Assembly (NCBI GenBank): GCA_018657495.1
Contig: JABHXA010000005.1
Span: forward strand, 104,749-136,748
Reading direction: 5' to 3'
Length of the DNA: 32,000 nt
Origin: Fidelibacterota bacterium
Lineage (GTDB): Bacteria; Fidelibacterota; Marinisomatia; SCGC-AAA003-L08; JACNLC01
The notes under the pieces: model-generated
The model's input: only the letters and a program-made list of their open reading frames with translations
Told to the model about the DNA's origin: nothing
The model's database searches: none
Position numbers and translations under genes: made by a program
Shown: positions 27,693 through 32,000 of the stretch, piece by piece
How positions within the stretch are numbered: the first letter of the stretch is position 1
Layout of the letters: each line of letters begins with the position of its first letter

Positions 27693-28430
27693 ATGACGGT
27701 TGGTATTATTGGGTATGGCAGATTCGGCAGGATTCTGGCAACAATTCTTAAAGCGGGCTATGATTTAAAAATTTACGATCCCTTTTCAACTGATGTGCCA
27801 GATAAATATAGATGCGCGCAACTAGGTGACGTATGCTCTCAATCCCTGGTATTTGTTGCTGTGCCCATCAGAGATTTCTTAAATGTGATAAAAGACATTC
27901 GATCCCATATTGGTGAAAAGACTACAGTTATTGATGTCTGTTCTGTAAAAAAATATCCAGCTGAGGTTATGGAAAAAAATCTTCCTTCCCATGCCGGAAT
28001 AATTTGCAGTCATCCAATGTTCGGACCGGATTCCTATAGTCAGTACAGGGAACAAAAAATGGTCATGCATCCCCTCCGTGATATATATTTTAGGTACGAC
28101 TCGTTGAAAGATTATTTTAAAAGTCACTCCATACGAATCGTTGAGATGACACCTGAAGAACATGACAGACAGGCTGCGGTAAGTCAGGGTATCACCCATT
28201 TTATTGGTCGGGTTCTTGAAAAAGCCGATGTAAAATCAACCGAAATTAATACTCTTGGATTTACCGATCTGCTGGCGGTGATTGAGCAGACCTGCAATGA
28301 CAGTTTAGAATTGTTTAAAGACTTGCAGAGGTTTAATCCATATACAAATGAAACCATTTTACAATTAGAGGATGCTATCCGGCATATTCATTCTTCATTC
28401 AATTCGCCGGAATGCCAAGATGAGGATTAA
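27693..28430 (+). CDS. tyrA: Prephenate/arogenate dehydrogenase
   Basis: VGIIGYGRFGRILATIL, DVCSVKKYPAEVMEKNLP, CSHPMFGPDS, EEHDRQAAVSQGITHFIGRVL. Confidence 0.88.
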   Translation: MTVGIIGYGRFGRILATILKAGYDLKIYDPFSTDVPDKYRCAQLGDVCSQSLVFVAVPIRDFLNVIKDIRSHIGEKTTVIDVCSVKKYPAEVMEKNLPSHAGIICSHPMFGPDSYSQYREQKMVMHPLRDIYFRYDSLKDYFKSHSIRIVEMTPEEHDRQAAVSQGITHFIGRVLEKADVKSTEINTLGFTDLLAVIEQTCNDSLELFKDLQRFNPYTNETILQLEDAIRHIHSSFNSPECQDED

Positions 28431-29667
28431 AGGTAAAATATCACTGCCGGGAGATAAATCTATTTCCCATCGAGCGTTACTATTAGCATCGCTTTCTGAG
28501 CAGGACTGTACCATTCAAAACATTTCAAGCGGTGCGGATATAAACTCCACCATGAATTGTCTTAATCATTGCGGGATTAATTTTGATATAGAAGACCACA
28601 CCATTCATGTACGTGGTGACAAACTTAAACATGCATTATTACCACTCAATTGTGGAAATTCAGGGACTTCAGCAAGACTCCTAGGTGGTTTGCTCGCCGG
28701 TCAAAAAATCAGCGCCTCCCTAATTGGAGATTCATCGCTTTCCGGCAGACCCATGAACAGGGTAATCAATCCTCTTCAGAAAATGGGAGCTGATATCACC
28801 TCACTTGACGGACGTTTACCAATCCATATTTCCCCGGCAAATTTGAAGGGAATTTCTTATACGCTGCCCATAGCCAGTGCTCAGGTCAAATCAGCGATTA
28901 TGTTTGCCGGATTGGGTGCAGATGGGCAAACAATCATTACCGAACCCGTAAAAACCCGCGATCATACTGAGAATATGTTTAAATATCTTGGTTTGCCATT
29001 GGAGGTTGAAGATAACCGCATTCTGATCAACAGATTAACCAATTCAGTTCCGCAATTCAGCATTAGGATTCCCGGTGATCCATCCTCAGCTGCTTTTTTT
29101 ACAGCAAGTGTTTTATTATTACCAGAATCAGAGGTAATTTTTACAGATTTATTATTGAATCAAACACGTACTGGATTTTTTGAAATCATCCAGTCTATGG
29201 GTGCCGATGTTGAAATATCAAAAACAGATTCAGTTATGGGCGAACCTATTGGGGATGTTAAAATCAGCTATAAATTACTGTCGTCAATTGAACTTGGGGA
29301 AAACGATATTCCTGCTATAATTGATGAACTACCTTTGCTGGCAGTGCTGGCAACGCAGGCCGTGGGCATAACAAAAATTCTTGGTGCCGAAGAACTTCGA
29401 GTCAAAGAATCGGATAGGATTCATGCTGTCTGCAGTAATTTGTCCAAAATGGGCGCTGATATTACAGAATTAAGAGACGGGTTTATTATTAACGGCCCCA
29501 CAAAATTGAAAGGTTCAAATATTACCACTTTCGGAGATCATCGGATTGCCATGGCATTCAAAATTGCCGGTTTGATTTCCGATGGAGACAACCATCTTGA
29601 TGATGAAAAATGTATTGCAACATCATTCCCTGAATTTCACCAATATCTGGATATATTGACCAGGTAA
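28420..29667 (+). CDS. aroA: 3-phosphoshikimate 1-carboxyvinyltransferase (EPSP synthase)
   Basis: ISLPGDKSISHRALLLASL, LNCGNSGTSARLLGGLLAG, GDPSSAAFFTA, ELRVKESDRIHAV, FGDHRIAMAF. ATG 28420 overlaps the tyrA stop; the upstream 28372 start is unlikely. Confidence 0.95.
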   Translation: MRIKGKISLPGDKSISHRALLLASLSEQDCTIQNISSGADINSTMNCLNHCGINFDIEDHTIHVRGDKLKHALLPLNCGNSGTSARLLGGLLAGQKISASLIGDSSLSGRPMNRVINPLQKMGADITSLDGRLPIHISPANLKGISYTLPIASAQVKSAIMFAGLGADGQTIITEPVKTRDHTENMFKYLGLPLEVEDNRILINRLTNSVPQFSIRIPGDPSSAAFFTASVLLLPESEVIFTDLLLNQTRTGFFEIIQSMGADVEISKTDSVMGEPIGDVKISYKLLSSIELGENDIPAIIDELPLLAVLATQAVGITKILGAEELRVKESDRIHAVCSNLSKMGADITELRDGFIINGPTKLKGSNITTFGDHRIAMAFKIAGLISDGDNHLDDEKCIATSFPEFHQYLDILTR

Positions 29668-29683
29668 AACAGGATATTATTTT

Positions 29684-30535
29684 ATGTCAGAAGTTAGATT
29701 ATTTCTCTTGATTGGTGATCCCATTGATCACAGCTTAGGGACAATTCTCCATGAGAATATTTTTAGGCAAACCGGACTGAATGCAGAATATAGTAAGATT
29801 CGTTGCGATGAGGAAGATATCCCAAATGTTCTTGACTATCTGCGATCAGGTGAATTGGATGGTATAAATGTTACTATCCCATATAAAAAGACAGTTATTG
29901 AGCATCTGGACGAATTGAATCCAAGGGCGCGGTTAATCCAGTCTGTAAATACTGTTGCCCATGTTAATGATAAACTGGTGGGATATAATACGGACTGGTG
30001 GGGATTTTCCATGTTGCTGAGGAATCATGATATTCATGCTACTGGAAGGAGCATCATCATTTTTGGAACTGGAGGGTCCGCCCATAGCGTTGCTTATGCT
30101 TTAATCCAGGGTGGGGCTGGTATGCTTATATTTGTAACAAGAGATAAGGAGCATGGCCAAACCCTCATAGACAGTCTGAGCATTATTGATTCTGATACAA
30201 TTTTGACCTGTGTGGAATATGATAAGTTTCCCCCTCTAGTGAAGCCTAACAGTATTATTATCAATACAACTCCACTTGGGATGGGTGATTTTGAAGGCCG
30301 GAGTCCAATGTCCACCGAATTGATGATGAAAGACCAAATCCTAATTGATCTGATTTACAATCCCCTTGAAACTGAATTTATTTATTTGGGGAAGCTTTCA
30401 GGGGCTACAACAATCAATGGATTGGATATGTTTATTCATCAGGGACTATTATCTTTGGATACATGGTATGGAAAAGCGATTTCATCTAATGTAAACATTC
30501 AAAAGATAACCGCTGAATTGGTAGAGAATCTATGA
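29684..30535 (+). CDS. aroE: Shikimate dehydrogenase
   Basis: GDPIDHSLGTILHENIF, GINVTIPYKKTVIEHLDEL, GYNTDWWGF, IIFGTGGSAHSVAYAL, NTTPLGM. Confidence 0.93.
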   Translation: MSEVRLFLLIGDPIDHSLGTILHENIFRQTGLNAEYSKIRCDEEDIPNVLDYLRSGELDGINVTIPYKKTVIEHLDELNPRARLIQSVNTVAHVNDKLVGYNTDWWGFSMLLRNHDIHATGRSIIIFGTGGSAHSVAYALIQGGAGMLIFVTRDKEHGQTLIDSLSIIDSDTILTCVEYDKFPPLVKPNSIIINTTPLGMGDFEGRSPMSTELMMKDQILIDLIYNPLETEFIYLGKLSGATTINGLDMFIHQGLLSLDTWYGKAISSNVNIQKITAELVENL

Positions 30536-31692
30536 TGCAAAAGATTCAGTTCCTCACCGCTGGCGAATCTCACGGTAAAGGACTCCTTGGAATTATTGAG
30601 GGATTACCTGCAGGCCTGGAAATTGATGAATCATTTATTGCAAAACAACTGATTAGGAGACAACAGGGTTACGGCCGTGGTAAACGGATGCAGATTGAAA
30701 AGGATCATGCTGAAATATATACTGGCGTCAGATTTGGAAAATCACTGGGCTCTCCGATAGGATTGATACTTCCAAACAAAGATTGGGAAAACTGGCAGAT
30801 TAAAATGTCTGTTGAACCAATTGAGGAAGAAGTAAAAACCATCACTTTGCCCCGACCGGGACATGCTGATCTTGCCGGGATCCAAAAATTTGGATTCCAG
30901 GATATCCGCAATGTACTTGAGCGTTCATCTGCCCGGGAAACGGCGATGCGGGTAGCATTGGCGGCCATTTGCAGAAAGTTACTTGAATCATTAAACATCC
31001 ATATCGCCAGCCGAATCATAAGTATCCACGACGTAATTGACAATACCATTGTTCCACCAGAATTAAGCATGCCTGAATTGAATACCCTTGTCGATAAATC
31101 ACCCGTACGATGCCTGGACTCAAATGCAGAATCCAATATGATTTCTGCAATAAAAAAAGCCTCTGATTCGGGGGACTCTGTCGGTGGTGTCATTCAGTTG
31201 ATGGCTACCGGGCTTCCGTATGGACTGGGTTCTTATACTCATTGGCAAAGAAAGCTCCATGCCAGAATTTCTGCAGTTATTATGTCAATCAATGCTTTTA
31301 AAGGGATCGAATTCGGACCGGCATTTGAATATGGACATCGATTGGGAAGCGAAACTCATGATGAAATTGGTTGGGATGGCAAAAATTTCAGCCGATATAC
31401 AAATCATGCTGGCGGAATCGAAGGAGGAATGAGCAATGCCCAACCCTTGGATATTCGTCTGGTTATGAAACCTATTCCCACCCTGATTAAACCCTTGAGG
31501 TCTGTTGATATCCACACAAAAGAACCTAAATCTGCTCATAAAGAGCGGACAGATTCCTGTGCGGTACCGGCTGCATCCATAGTTGCCGAAGCTATGCTGG
31601 CATTTGCTTTAACTGATGCCTTATTAGAAAAATTCGGCGGTGATTCTATGGATCAATTGACCCAGCATATACGTGCCACCGGGAAGTGGTAA
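30532..31692 (+). CDS. aroC: Chorismate synthase
   Basis: TAGESHGKGLLGIIEGLPAGLEI, RRQQGYGRGKRMQIEKD, RPGHADLAGIQKF, RSSARETAMRVA, GGIEGGMSNAQPLDIRLVMKPIPT. Confidence 0.95.
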   Translation: MMQKIQFLTAGESHGKGLLGIIEGLPAGLEIDESFIAKQLIRRQQGYGRGKRMQIEKDHAEIYTGVRFGKSLGSPIGLILPNKDWENWQIKMSVEPIEEEVKTITLPRPGHADLAGIQKFGFQDIRNVLERSSARETAMRVALAAICRKLLESLNIHIASRIISIHDVIDNTIVPPELSMPELNTLVDKSPVRCLDSNAESNMISAIKKASDSGDSVGGVIQLMATGLPYGLGSYTHWQRKLHARISAVIMSINAFKGIEFGPAFEYGHRLGSETHDEIGWDGKNFSRYTNHAGGIEGGMSNAQPLDIRLVMKPIPTLIKPLRSVDIHTKEPKSAHKERTDSCAVPAASIVAEAMLAFALTDALLEKFGGDSMDQLTQHIRATGKW

Positions 31693-32000
31693 TTTCAACC
31701 ACACAAAATATTTATCTCATCGGTATGATGGGCTCATGGAAAACCACCGTCGGGAAAAAGGTGGCAAAACAGAGGGACATTAATTTTATCGACATTGATC
31801 TGGAAATTGAAAAAGAATCAAAAATGACCATAACTGAGATTTTTAATCTTTTGGGAGAACAGAAATTTCGCTCAGAAGAAACTCATATTTTGAAAAAGAT
31901 CAGTAGACTATCCGGTAATATTATTTCCACTGGCGGGGGAATTATTATACAGAGTGAAAACCGCCATATATTGAAAGAGACTGGTTACACAATATTTCTA
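31686..32000 (+). CDS. aroK: Shikimate kinase, 3'-truncated by the window end
   Basis: Manual translation from GTG 31686: VVISTTQNIYLIGMMGSWKTTVGKKVAKQRDINFIDIDLEIEKESKMTITEIFNLLGEQKFRSEETHILKKISRLSGNIISTGGGIII... It has the DxD, FR..E and GGG motifs and overlaps the aroC stop. Absent from the ORF track. Confidence 0.85.
   Translation, partial: MVISTTQNIYLIGMMGSWKTTVGKKVAKQRDINFIDIDLEIEKESKMTITEIFNLLGEQKFRSEETHILKKISRLSGNIISTGGGIIIQSENRHILKETGYTIFL

Noticed and set aside
1-32000. Looked for CRISPR arrays, rRNA/tRNA genes, intact transposases, toxin-antitoxin or phage-defence islands
   Set aside because: No regular spaced repeats, no convincing tRNA-like T-arm/acceptor signatures and no recognisable defence or transposase domains were seen by eye. 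A tRNAscan/CRISPR finder run would be needed to exclude them formally.

Overview
This 32 kb bacterial window has gene content and secreted-protein architecture (type IX-like C-terminal tail, many dockerin-like modules) that fit a Candidatus Marinimicrobia/FCB-group genome; the taxonomy is inferred. The standout locus is a two-gene minus-strand operon at 14223-15540. It encodes a corrinoid membrane protein with the HgcA cap-helix motif NVWCAAGK plus a C-terminal transmembrane domain, followed by a small 2x[4Fe-4S] ferredoxin of HgcB type. This is a probable mercury-methylation hgcAB pair. It is a known system, but environmentally important and easily missed by automated annotation. The rest of the window contains: a 5'-truncated secreted protein; a TauE/SafE-like + CcoI-like copper ATPase pair; hemerythrin-like and Rrf2 genes; nusB, a Leu/Phe/Val dehydrogenase and an acyl-CoA dehydrogenase; 3-hydroxybutyryl-CoA dehydrogenase, thiolase and PhoH genes; glgA-glgC; five secreted proteins with dockerin-like duplicated EF-hand modules (two tandem subtilases, a leucine-rich-repeat protein, a WNG-repeat/propeller-like protein and the first ORF); a thioesterase; and an aromatic amino-acid operon (chorismate mutase, CDF transporter, pheA, tyrA, aroA, aroE, aroC, aroK). 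Non-coding signals include two good intrinsic terminators, a ~126 bp degenerate tandem duplication with conserved hairpins, and an ORF6N-domain gene remnant next to a GC-rich perfect palindrome. I saw no CRISPR array, rRNA, tRNA or intact transposase.
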